Source: Fidelibacterota bacterium
GTDB taxonomy: Bacteria; Fidelibacterota; Fidelibacteria; Fidelibacterales; Fidelibacteraceae
Assembly (NCBI GenBank): GCA_034723415.1
Contig: JAYEOX010000017.1
Location: forward strand, 6,187-24,481
Length of the DNA: 18,295 bases
Direction: 5' to 3'
Part shown: positions 1 through 7,696 of the stretch, piece after piece
Position numbering within the stretch: the first letter of the stretch is position 1
Layout: each line of letters opens with the position of its first letter
Notes under the pieces: model-generated
The model's database searches: none
Told to the model about the DNA's origin: nothing
Seen by the model: the letters and a program-made list of their open reading frames with translations, nothing else
Made by a program: the position numbers and the translations under genes

Positions 1-2
1 AA

Positions 3-791
3 AAAATAATCAAAACAACTTTTGCTAACATTTATGACAAACCATCCTTTCAATCTCAGGTAGTTACTCAAGGAGTAATGTGGGAAATTATCGAAATTTT
101 AGATAAAAAAGATGATTGGATAAAATTAAAATTACCGGATGATTACATCGGTTGGACACAAAATTTCTTTTTAATTGATTCGGATAAAACATTCTTGAAT
201 AAAATTAAAAAAATGAAAATATTAACAATTCATCAGCCATTCACTTCAATATATTCAGATGAAAAGTTAAACAATAAAATTTCAAATGCAGGTTTAGGTG
301 TAAGATATCCAATTATCGAAAAGAACAATGATCTATTTAAAATTTATCTGCCGGATAAAAGTATTGGATATTTAATTCAGAAATCAATCACGAAAAATGA
401 CACTCGTAAAAATATTGTAGGCATTGCAAAAAGCATTTTGGGAACTTCTTATCAATGGGGCGGAAAAACAGAATATGGTATTGACTGCTCAGGATTAGTT
501 CAAACGATTTTTTCTATTCTAAATATTTCAGTCCCACGAGATGCAAGTCAACAGATAAAAATTATTAAAAATAATTCAGTAAGTTTAGATAAAGCAAAAA
601 TAGGCGATTTGGCATTTTTCAAAAATGAAAGTGGCTCAATTGTTCATGTTGCATTTATGTTAGAAAACAAGAATTTTATCCATTCATCGAGTGAGATGAA
701 AATTAACTCGCTAAATAAAAAAGACGACAATTTTTCAGAAAAATTATTGAATATGTTAGAAGGAATATATTCAATCAAACAATTAATTTAA
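3..791 (+). CDS. SH3b + NlpC/P60 (C40) cysteine peptidase, YkfC/dipeptidyl-peptidase VI-like gamma-D-glutamyl-diamino acid endopeptidase; 5' end lies outside the window
   Basis: Catalytic-domain motifs are YQWGG..GIDCSG (Cys), PRDASQQ, GDLAFF, HVA (His) and FIHSS (His). The frame is open from position 3 to the ATG at 78 and reads KIIKTTFANIYDKPSFQSQVVTQGV-MWEIIEILDKKDDWIKLKLPDDYIGW, a typical SH3b repeat start, so the ATG at 78 is probably internal. Confidence 0.88.
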   Translation, partial: KIIKTTFANIYDKPSFQSQVVTQGVMWEIIEILDKKDDWIKLKLPDDYIGWTQNFFLIDSDKTFLNKIKKMKILTIHQPFTSIYSDEKLNNKISNAGLGVRYPIIEKNNDLFKIYLPDKSIGYLIQKSITKNDTRKNIVGIAKSILGTSYQWGGKTEYGIDCSGLVQTIFSILNISVPRDASQQIKIIKNNSVSLDKAKIGDLAFFKNESGSIVHVAFMLENKNFIHSSSEMKINSLNKKDDNFSEKLLNMLEGIYSIKQLI

Positions 792-818
792 AAATTCAAA
801 ATAAAGGAAGATCAAATA

Positions 819-1796
819 ATGACAAAACGAATATTATCAGGTATGCGGCCAACCGGAAAATTACATATTGGACATTATGTCGGGGCATTAGAAAATTGGG
901 TTAATTTACAAAAGGAATATGATAATTTTCATTTAATTGCTGATTATCATGTTCTAACAACCAATACTGATACATCAGACATCTACAAAAATACAATAGA
1001 AATGGTCAAAGATTGGGTTGCTGCAGGGATCGATCCCGAAAAAAGTCCAATTTTTCGTCAGTCACAAATAAAAGAACACACTGAATTACATCTGCTATTT
1101 TCAATGTTAATTACCACAGCTCGTTTAGAAAGAAATCCGTCATTAAAAGAACAGATACGAGATCTAAAATTAGATAATATTTCTTATGGGCATTTTGGAT
1201 ATCCTGTGCTTCAGGCAGCTGATATTTTATTATACAAAGGTAATCTCGTTCCGGTTGGTGAAGATCAGACATCACATGTGGAAATCACTCGTGAATTAGC
1301 AAGAAAATTCAATAAAACTTATGGAAAAATATTCCCTGAGCCAAAAGCAAAATTAACCAGATATTCTCGCTTGCCTGGGTTAGATGGAAAAACAAAAATG
1401 TCAAAATCACTTGGGAATACAATTTCCCCTTCCGATTCACCAGAAGAAATTTGGCAATCGGTTCGTAAAGCAATTACCGATACGAAAAAAATACGCAAAA
1501 ACGATCCCGGGCATCCGGAAGTTTGTACAATTTTCACATATCAAAATGTCTTTAATAAGGAAAATATTGAGCAAATTGAAAAGGATTGTAAATCCGGAAT
1601 TCTTGGTTGTGTGGATTGTAAAAAAATGTGTGCAAAAAAAATATCCGATCATTTTGCTGATTATCGAAACAAAAGATCGGAATTTGACAAAAAACCGGGT
1701 TTAGTAAAAGATATTTTAAACGATGGCGAAAAAAGAGCTAAACAAGTAGCTCAAGAAACAATGCGAGAAGTTCGAGAAGTGATGAAGATTGGATAG
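819..1796 (+). CDS. trpS: Tryptophan--tRNA ligase (class Ic) with a four-Cys putative Fe-S motif
   Basis: SGMRPTGKLHIGH (HIGH), YPVLQAADIL, VPVGEDQ and KMSKS motifs. AAGGA Shine-Dalgarno-like sequence at 804-808. Confidence 0.97.
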   Translation: MTKRILSGMRPTGKLHIGHYVGALENWVNLQKEYDNFHLIADYHVLTTNTDTSDIYKNTIEMVKDWVAAGIDPEKSPIFRQSQIKEHTELHLLFSMLITTARLERNPSLKEQIRDLKLDNISYGHFGYPVLQAADILLYKGNLVPVGEDQTSHVEITRELARKFNKTYGKIFPEPKAKLTRYSRLPGLDGKTKMSKSLGNTISPSDSPEEIWQSVRKAITDTKKIRKNDPGHPEVCTIFTYQNVFNKENIEQIEKDCKSGILGCVDCKKMCAKKISDHFADYRNKRSEFDKKPGLVKDILNDGEKRAKQVAQETMREVREVMKIG

Positions 1797-1802
1797 GGGA
1801 TA

Positions 1803-1852
1803 AAGCCACGAATTCACGAATAGAAATTTATCAATTTAATTATTTTTGGCTT
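1803..1852. repeat. Degenerate inverted repeat (REP-like palindrome or possible terminator) between convergent trpS and folC
   Basis: The left arm AAGCCACGAATTCACGAAT (1803-1821) contains CACGAAT twice. The right arm ATTTAATTATTTTTGGCTT (1834-1852) matches the reverse complement of the left arm at 12 of 19 positions, with a perfect outer AAGCCA/TGGCTT. T-rich sequence follows. Confidence 0.45.
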
Positions 1853-1880
1853 AATATTTTTATTCTTTTTAATTTGCGCC

Positions 1881-3140
1881 TTAGCGTTTTGGTGTGAAAT
1901 TTTTCTTAAATCGATAAACATCTTCACCAATATAATGACTACCGAAAATGCAAATCACATCATTTTTATTTGAAGAAATTATCTCGTTATTTATTGCTAA
2001 ATTTATATTTTTGAAAATAGATATTTTTGATCTTTTATCTAACATCTCTTTTAACTCGGTATATGTATAACTTCTCTTTATATTTATTGGAGCAATAGAT
2101 ATACTTTTGGATTTTTTATCAATTAATTTTAAAATTTCAAGAATTTGCTTATTCTTCAATATTCCAATAACAAATTTGATCTTTTTTTGAGGATAAATTT
2201 TATTCAACACATTCATCAAAGCTTCCGCTCCAAAATAGTTATGAGCAACATCATAAATTATTTCCGGTTTTTTAGAAATGATTTCAAATCTACCTTTCCA
2301 AGATACTTTCTTTATTGCATCTTTTATTATCTTTCCGGATATTTTATTATCTAAAAATAATCTCACTGTTTCAACTGCCAATGCGAAATTTTCAACTTGA
2401 TGTAAACCGATCAAGTCAGTTTCAAATTTTTCATCATAGCCAACAATATTAAAACTCATTGCTCCACTACTCACTTTAACATTTGTAATGACTTTTTGTG
2501 AATCAACAACCTTTAATGATGTTTCCATTTCTTTCGCTTTTTTTTCTAAAACATCAATTATTATTGGATCTTGTCTTAAAGTAATTACCGGTTTTCCTAT
2601 TTTAATTATACCGGCTTTTTCAAATGTAATTTTTTCTAATGTGTTTCCTAAAATACTCGTATGATCATGAGCAATCGCCGTGATTACCGCTATGTCTGAA
2701 TTAACTACATTTGTGGCATCCAATCTACCACCTAAACCTGTTTCCAAAACAGCAACATCAACTTTATTTTCATAAAATTCTTGAAACCCAAGAGCAGTTG
2801 TAATTTCAAAAAAAGTTATCTCTTCAGAATTTAAATATTTTTTCCATTGCTTAAAATATCTTTTAATACTTTCAGATTTTATCTTTTCAGAATTTATTTG
2901 AATCCTTTCATTATAATCAACTAAATGAGGAGATATAAATTGTCCAACTTTCAATCCGTATTCTTGTAATATTTTTGCAATAATATTTACAACAGAACCT
3001 TTACCATTTGTGCCGGCAACATGAATGGATTTAAATTTATTTTGTGGGTTTTTTAAATAATCAATAAATTTTTCTATTCGCTCAAGGCCAAATTTCATTC
3101 CACCACCACGACGCGAATATAGTTCTTTTAAATAATCCAT
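1881..3140 (-). CDS. folC: Bifunctional folylpolyglutamate synthase/dihydrofolate synthase
   Basis: HVAGTNGKGS P-loop, SPHL...ERI, TFFE, ETGLGGRLDATN, DH..ILG...EKAGI, W.GR, D.AHN and FGS motifs. Confidence 0.96.
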   Translation of the reverse strand: MDYLKELYSRRGGGMKFGLERIEKFIDYLKNPQNKFKSIHVAGTNGKGSVVNIIAKILQEYGLKVGQFISPHLVDYNERIQINSEKIKSESIKRYFKQWKKYLNSEEITFFEITTALGFQEFYENKVDVAVLETGLGGRLDATNVVNSDIAVITAIAHDHTSILGNTLEKITFEKAGIIKIGKPVITLRQDPIIIDVLEKKAKEMETSLKVVDSQKVITNVKVSSGAMSFNIVGYDEKFETDLIGLHQVENFALAVETVRLFLDNKISGKIIKDAIKKVSWKGRFEIISKKPEIIYDVAHNYFGAEALMNVLNKIYPQKKIKFVIGILKNKQILEILKLIDKKSKSISIAPINIKRSYTYTELKEMLDKRSKISIFKNINLAINNEIISSNKNDVICIFGSHYIGEDVYRFKKNFTPKR

Positions 3141-3145
3141 ATTAA

Positions 3146-4000
3146 CTATTCTGAATATTTGTCAAGTGATTCAGTTGAAACGAGTTGTACATCTTCTAAT
3201 GAATACCCTAAAATATTTTTACTTATATCAATAAATTTCTGAGGAAAATCTGTAACATAAAATCTATCCATGCTCTTAATGTCCTTTTCTGTATTTAATA
3301 AATTGTTATTATTTAGCACCTTTTTTATTTCCCTTGCAACTTCTGTCGAAGAATTAATTATTTGTACAGAACTCGGTAATGTTTCTTTTATCACATGCTC
3401 CAATAACGGATAATGAGTACAACCTAAGATCAACGAATCAATTTCCGTTTTTATCAGTTCTTTTAAATATTCCTGTGCAATTTGATAAGTAACAGAATGT
3501 TCGATCCATCCCTCTTCAACAAGCGGAACAAATAATGGGCAATCATTTGAATAGACATCTACAGTTGAATTGATAGTATTAAATGTATTTTTATAGGAGT
3601 TACTTTTAATCGTACCCGTTGTCCCGATCACACCAACTTTATTATTATTAGTTTTTATATTTGCCGCCTTCACGCCAGGTTCAATTACACCAATAACCGG
3701 AATATCAACAATATCATTCAATTTTTCCAGTGCATAACTTGAAGCAGTATTACAAGCTACAACGATTGCTTTTACTGGAATATCATTTAAAAACTTAGTT
3801 ATCTGAATAGCAAAATCAACAATTGTATTTTCACTTTTAGAACCATAAGGAACTCTCGCAGTATCACCAAAATAAATTAAATTCTCATTTGGTAATAACT
3901 TTCTAATTTGTTTATAAACCGTCAATCCACCTAACCCGCTATCAAATATTCCAATAGGTAATTTCTTTTTATTCTCAATGCTATTGTGAAATTTATTCAT
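3146..4000 (-). CDS. murI: Glutamate racemase
   Basis: PIGIFDSGLGGLTV, YFGDTARVPYG, VACNTAS (Cys 1) and LGCTHYP (Cys 2). Confidence 0.97.
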   Translation of the reverse strand: MNKFHNSIENKKKLPIGIFDSGLGGLTVYKQIRKLLPNENLIYFGDTARVPYGSKSENTIVDFAIQITKFLNDIPVKAIVVACNTASSYALEKLNDIVDIPVIGVIEPGVKAANIKTNNNKVGVIGTTGTIKSNSYKNTFNTINSTVDVYSNDCPLFVPLVEEGWIEHSVTYQIAQEYLKELIKTEIDSLILGCTHYPLLEHVIKETLPSSVQIINSSTEVAREIKKVLNNNNLLNTEKDIKSMDRFYVTDFPQKFIDISKNILGYSLEDVQLVSTESLDKYSE

Positions 4001-4002
4001 TA

Positions 4003-5547
4003 TTAACCTGCAGTTTTTTTATCTTGTTCAATTTTAAATTTTTTAATAGCATAATATAATGAAAGAGCTATTTTGTTACGATATGAACTTCTTGCTAAAT
4101 TTATTCTTTCATTTCTATTTGTAATGAATCCCACTTCAGTTAAAATACAGGGCATTGAAGCTCCTATCAAAACAATAAAACCTGCCTGTCGCAGACCTCT
4201 GGATTTTGATTGTTTCAGTCGACCAGAATATTGTGTTTCTACCAGCTGAGCCAATTCTTGACTCTCTTTCATGAATTCTCTCTGAGCCATTGTTGCTAAA
4301 ATATATTGCTGTGGTGATAAAATATCTTTATATCTATCCTGATTTTTTTCTAATTTAATTACCTTATTTTCTTCAGCAGCAATTTCAATCGCTTGTTTTG
4401 TCCCTCGGGGTGCCAATAGATATGTTTCAGTACCAAAAGTAGCAGAACTATTTTCAATTGCATTTACATGTACACTAACAAATAATTTACCATTACTTTC
4501 ATTTGCTATTTGCGTTCTTTTCCAAAGTGGAATAAGCTCATCTGTCTTTCGAGTATATACAACATTTACATCAAGGTATTTTTCTAACAATTTGCCCAAT
4601 TTTAATACAATATCTAATACAATATCTTTTTCTTTTAAACGACCATAATTTGTTCCGGGATCTTTTCCACCATGTCCGGCATCTAATACAATCGTGTCAA
4701 TTAACCATTTGGAGCGAATATCTTTATTATTTTCTTCCACATTTGGAACTAATGCTTTCCCTTTTCTTACACTAATTGAAATTGTGTTAGATTCCTTGTT
4801 GATATCAAAATCATAACTTGAAATATTATAACGAAACTTAAATGAAAGCTGTACACTCTCTTTTGTCTGAATTGCATCAATTTTTTTTATATCTCCATAT
4901 GAAAATTTTTGTATTGTTTTTTCAATATCAATATTTGCTCCAAAAACAGTAAAATATAACCAGCCGTCATCATTCCATATTTTACAATGTTTTTCTCTAA
5001 ATAATTGATCTGCTTCTATTTGGATCATTGTCCCATTTTTTAAATCTTTTATTTTAATTACTCCTAATGAGTATTCTGCAGGAGAAAGAATATAAGTGCC
5101 AATTTCTTTTTTGTATTCAATTTTATTATAAAAATGCATTTTCAATATTCTTACAAATTCAGCAAACGGAATATAGAGTCCATTCCCTACCCTTTCAATT
5201 GGTGTCGGTAAATGATATAATTCCCCATCAATTTTATAAAAAGCACTCCCTCCATAAAATGTAATATTTTTATCTTTCACAACTGATTTGATAATCCATT
5301 CATCATTGTCAATATCAAATTCATCACCAAAAGTTTTAAGGAAATGATTTAATGACATCCATTCATAACTATATAATTGCGATGAAAAAATATATTCTGT
5401 TTCATCAAAAGAAGTTCTTCTAATTCTGACCGAATCAGCAAATAATGCATTTATTGTTAAAAGTAAAATGCTTATTATAATAAATATTTTTATCTTTTTC
5501 GATATACTAATAATCCTTTCCTCCAAACACCTATGTAATATACTCAT
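4003..5547 (-). CDS. N-acetylmuramoyl-L-alanine amidase (Amidase_3, AmiA/B/C-like) with signal peptide and N-terminal accessory domains
   Basis: IVLDAGHGGKDPG (Zn His), EKD (Zn Glu), FVSVHVN (Zn His) and LTEVGF (catalytic Glu). The AIEIAAEEN segment resembles the regulatory helix of AmiA/B/C. A hydrophobic N-terminal stretch ends in ALFA-D. Confidence 0.93.
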   Translation of the reverse strand: MSILHRCLEERIISISKKIKIFIIISILLLTINALFADSVRIRRTSFDETEYIFSSQLYSYEWMSLNHFLKTFGDEFDIDNDEWIIKSVVKDKNITFYGGSAFYKIDGELYHLPTPIERVGNGLYIPFAEFVRILKMHFYNKIEYKKEIGTYILSPAEYSLGVIKIKDLKNGTMIQIEADQLFREKHCKIWNDDGWLYFTVFGANIDIEKTIQKFSYGDIKKIDAIQTKESVQLSFKFRYNISSYDFDINKESNTISISVRKGKALVPNVEENNKDIRSKWLIDTIVLDAGHGGKDPGTNYGRLKEKDIVLDIVLKLGKLLEKYLDVNVVYTRKTDELIPLWKRTQIANESNGKLFVSVHVNAIENSSATFGTETYLLAPRGTKQAIEIAAEENKVIKLEKNQDRYKDILSPQQYILATMAQREFMKESQELAQLVETQYSGRLKQSKSRGLRQAGFIVLIGASMPCILTEVGFITNRNERINLARSSYRNKIALSLYYAIKKFKIEQDKKTAG

Positions 5548-6945
5548 TTATTTTTTTAAATCAATCCGTATTTGACAAGAAATTTCCGAATCTGTAAAAT
5601 CTGTCTTGAAAAGTAAATTAAAAATTGCAGAACCCAAATAATAACCAAAATTAAAATCCAAATATGAAGAATTTCCGGTTAATCGTTGTATCAAATAGTG
5701 TGGATAATAAAGTGGCCTTGTAAAATAAATATTTGATGTTTCTTTTTCTCCATAAGAATATTGACCAAGAAAATAGTATTTACTCTTTTTATATTTAAAA
5801 CGAAAATATGTAAGAAATGAAAAATTATCTGCAGGAGAATAATAATTACTCCACTGTAAATTTAGATATTTTGAAAATTCATAATCCGCTCTAATTCTTA
5901 AAACATCTTCTGTTTGGTCGGTATATGCTAACAAATGCGGAAAGTATTCTGTTTTTTCTAAAATATCCTGATCCTTTAGCTGATAACTGATTAAAAAATG
6001 TATCTGATCAAATCTTAATCTCATTTCATTTATCCATTTTCTACTGAAAGCATCTGCTTCATTTGCATAAATATAAACACTTCTTAATCGTAAATTATAA
6101 GAATATGTATAATCTAAACCATTAACAAAACCTATGCCTTTAGAATCCAAATACGATCCCCATTTTGTATCATTATCAAACGATTTATAATTACTATTAA
6201 GTTTCGTTACGGAAGTATTAAATTTCAATTTGCCAAATTCCTGAAATAGCCCAATATTGATATGATTTAGACGAGAAAATGAATGAGAGAGATTAATGTT
6301 AAATTTCGAAATATCCCTTTCCATTTGAATCCAATATTCAAAATACGGCTCATCTTTCTCATAATAAACCGCCATTCCATAAATGTCATCACCAATTACA
6401 AATTCACTTGAGGATATATAAACATCGTTATAATCCGCAAAATTCAATCTCAATTTTTTGCCTGCATAAGAGACATATTTTAATTCTTTATAATAATCAT
6501 AATTTTTCGTCTTCATTTTGAAATTTGATATACGAAAATTCTGCGAAGGATTAGAAGTAAAACGCATGAACTGATTGCCAATTAAAAAACCTTTAGAAAT
6601 GTTAACTGCTCCTCTGCCCACTCCAACCGAAAATGAACCATAATAAACTTTAACTGAATTCAAATTTTCGATGACCTTATCTGAATACAATATATCTTGA
6701 TGAAATATTTTTAAATGAGAATATAGATCAACATAAAATTGATTTTTAATTTGATTGAAATCCGTAATTGATGCTTTAGAACGAAATGAACCAAATCCAT
6801 CTGTTGAAATTTCTTGCAACTTTTCAGAACTCATTCCTTCTAAATATAATGTAGAATCAGTAAAATCTTCACCAAAAATTCTGGTACAATTTAAAAAGAA
6901 TAAAACAAAGACAAAGAATGAGATAAACCAAGATCTAAGTGCCAT
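5548..6945 (-). CDS. Hypothetical secreted protein, probable outer-membrane beta-barrel
   Basis: 465-aa ORF with a signal-peptide-like N-terminus (FISFFVFVLFFLNCTRIFG-E). It is rich in Tyr/Phe alternating beta-strand segments (LRIRADYEF, FLTYFRFKY, LDFNFGYY) and ends QIRIDLKK. Its stop abuts the amidase ATG (TAAATG). Confidence 0.7.
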   Translation of the reverse strand: MALRSWFISFFVFVLFFLNCTRIFGEDFTDSTLYLEGMSSEKLQEISTDGFGSFRSKASITDFNQIKNQFYVDLYSHLKIFHQDILYSDKVIENLNSVKVYYGSFSVGVGRGAVNISKGFLIGNQFMRFTSNPSQNFRISNFKMKTKNYDYYKELKYVSYAGKKLRLNFADYNDVYISSSEFVIGDDIYGMAVYYEKDEPYFEYWIQMERDISKFNINLSHSFSRLNHINIGLFQEFGKLKFNTSVTKLNSNYKSFDNDTKWGSYLDSKGIGFVNGLDYTYSYNLRLRSVYIYANEADAFSRKWINEMRLRFDQIHFLISYQLKDQDILEKTEYFPHLLAYTDQTEDVLRIRADYEFSKYLNLQWSNYYSPADNFSFLTYFRFKYKKSKYYFLGQYSYGEKETSNIYFTRPLYYPHYLIQRLTGNSSYLDFNFGYYLGSAIFNLLFKTDFTDSEISCQIRIDLKK

Positions 6946-7688
6946 TGTATTGATTCCTGTATATTAAAATTTTTGAATTCAAAATTTATTCCACCTTTAA
7001 TAATTTTTGAAAAACCTTCATAAGAAATGGAATAATAGAAAAAATCCCAATGTTGCAATTTAATTCCAACACTTCCCGCCCAAGGCAGATATTGACTTTT
7101 CTGTATTGCAATATACAGATCAATATCGTCTATTGGGAATACGGAAATTCCAAAGAGAACACTAGGATCAATTAAATCCAATTTATTTTTTTTAAATTGA
7201 TAACTATAAAAATGTAAATATGATAAACCAATTTTAAAGATCTTATGTGGAATTAATACAATACCCGTAGAAGTTGATAAGCAATTATAATTTGAATAAT
7301 CTTTAATATTCGCATGATTATATTCAATTGCCAACCCGATCTTCATTTTTTTCGTATTCATTATCAAATGATCAATTGAAATGAAGGAATTGTTCATCTT
7401 AGAAAATTGTTGAGATAAAATATGAATATTTGGATTTACCGAACCGATATTAAATGCAATATTTGAACTAAATTCTGTAATATCAAATCCCGGATAAATA
7501 GGAGTATAGCTAACATTGATCTGATTATCTTCATAATTTAAAGCAGGATTTGTCAAAGATGATTGAGCAGATATCGATTGAGTATTATTTACATAACCAA
7601 GGGCACAATCAATTAATGGTAGTGAAAACCACTCTAAACCAAACAATGAATTTGTCAATATTAATATTAATATTATTTTTCGTTTCAT
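6891..7688 (-). CDS. Hypothetical outer-membrane beta-barrel protein, PorV/PorQ/FadL-like
   Basis: Signal peptide MKRKIILILILTNSLFG-L. ALG...SSLTNPAL matches the N-terminal NPA motif of FadL/PorV-type barrels. Amphipathic beta strands follow, and the C-terminal HLDLGLSHSLSLFYSF ends in a Y-x-F beta-signal. Confidence 0.72.
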   Translation of the reverse strand: MKRKIILILILTNSLFGLEWFSLPLIDCALGYVNNTQSISAQSSLTNPALNYEDNQINVSYTPIYPGFDITEFSSNIAFNIGSVNPNIHILSQQFSKMNNSFISIDHLIMNTKKMKIGLAIEYNHANIKDYSNYNCLSTSTGIVLIPHKIFKIGLSYLHFYSYQFKKNKLDLIDPSVLFGISVFPIDDIDLYIAIQKSQYLPWAGSVGIKLQHWDFFYYSISYEGFSKIIKGGINFEFKNFNIQESIQWHLDLGLSHSLSLFYSF

Positions 7689-7696
7689 TGAACACT

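Noticed and set aside
71..80. AGGAG before the ATG at 78 as the true start of the NlpC/P60 gene
   Set aside because: The spacing is only 2 nt, and the upstream frame is open and encodes the first half of an SH3b domain, so the gene begins before the window.
1319..1704. Three short ORFs (1319-1537 -, 1384-1704 +, 1437-1652 -)
   Set aside because: All are nested in the well-conserved trpS with no recognisable motifs; shadow ORFs.
2145..2354. Plus-strand 69-aa ORF
   Set aside because: Antisense to folC with low-complexity composition typical of AT-rich shadow frames.
1881..4000. murI plus folC as a poly-gamma-D-glutamate (CapB/PgsB-like) synthesis module
   Set aside because: The ligase has full canonical FolC motifs, no membrane anchor, and no capC/capA neighbours.
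6886..6897. FLNC as a lipobox in the 465-aa protein
   Set aside because: It is non-canonical. An SPase I-like IFG-E site follows, matching the LFG-L and LFA-D sites of neighbouring proteins. Not excluded, but unsupported.
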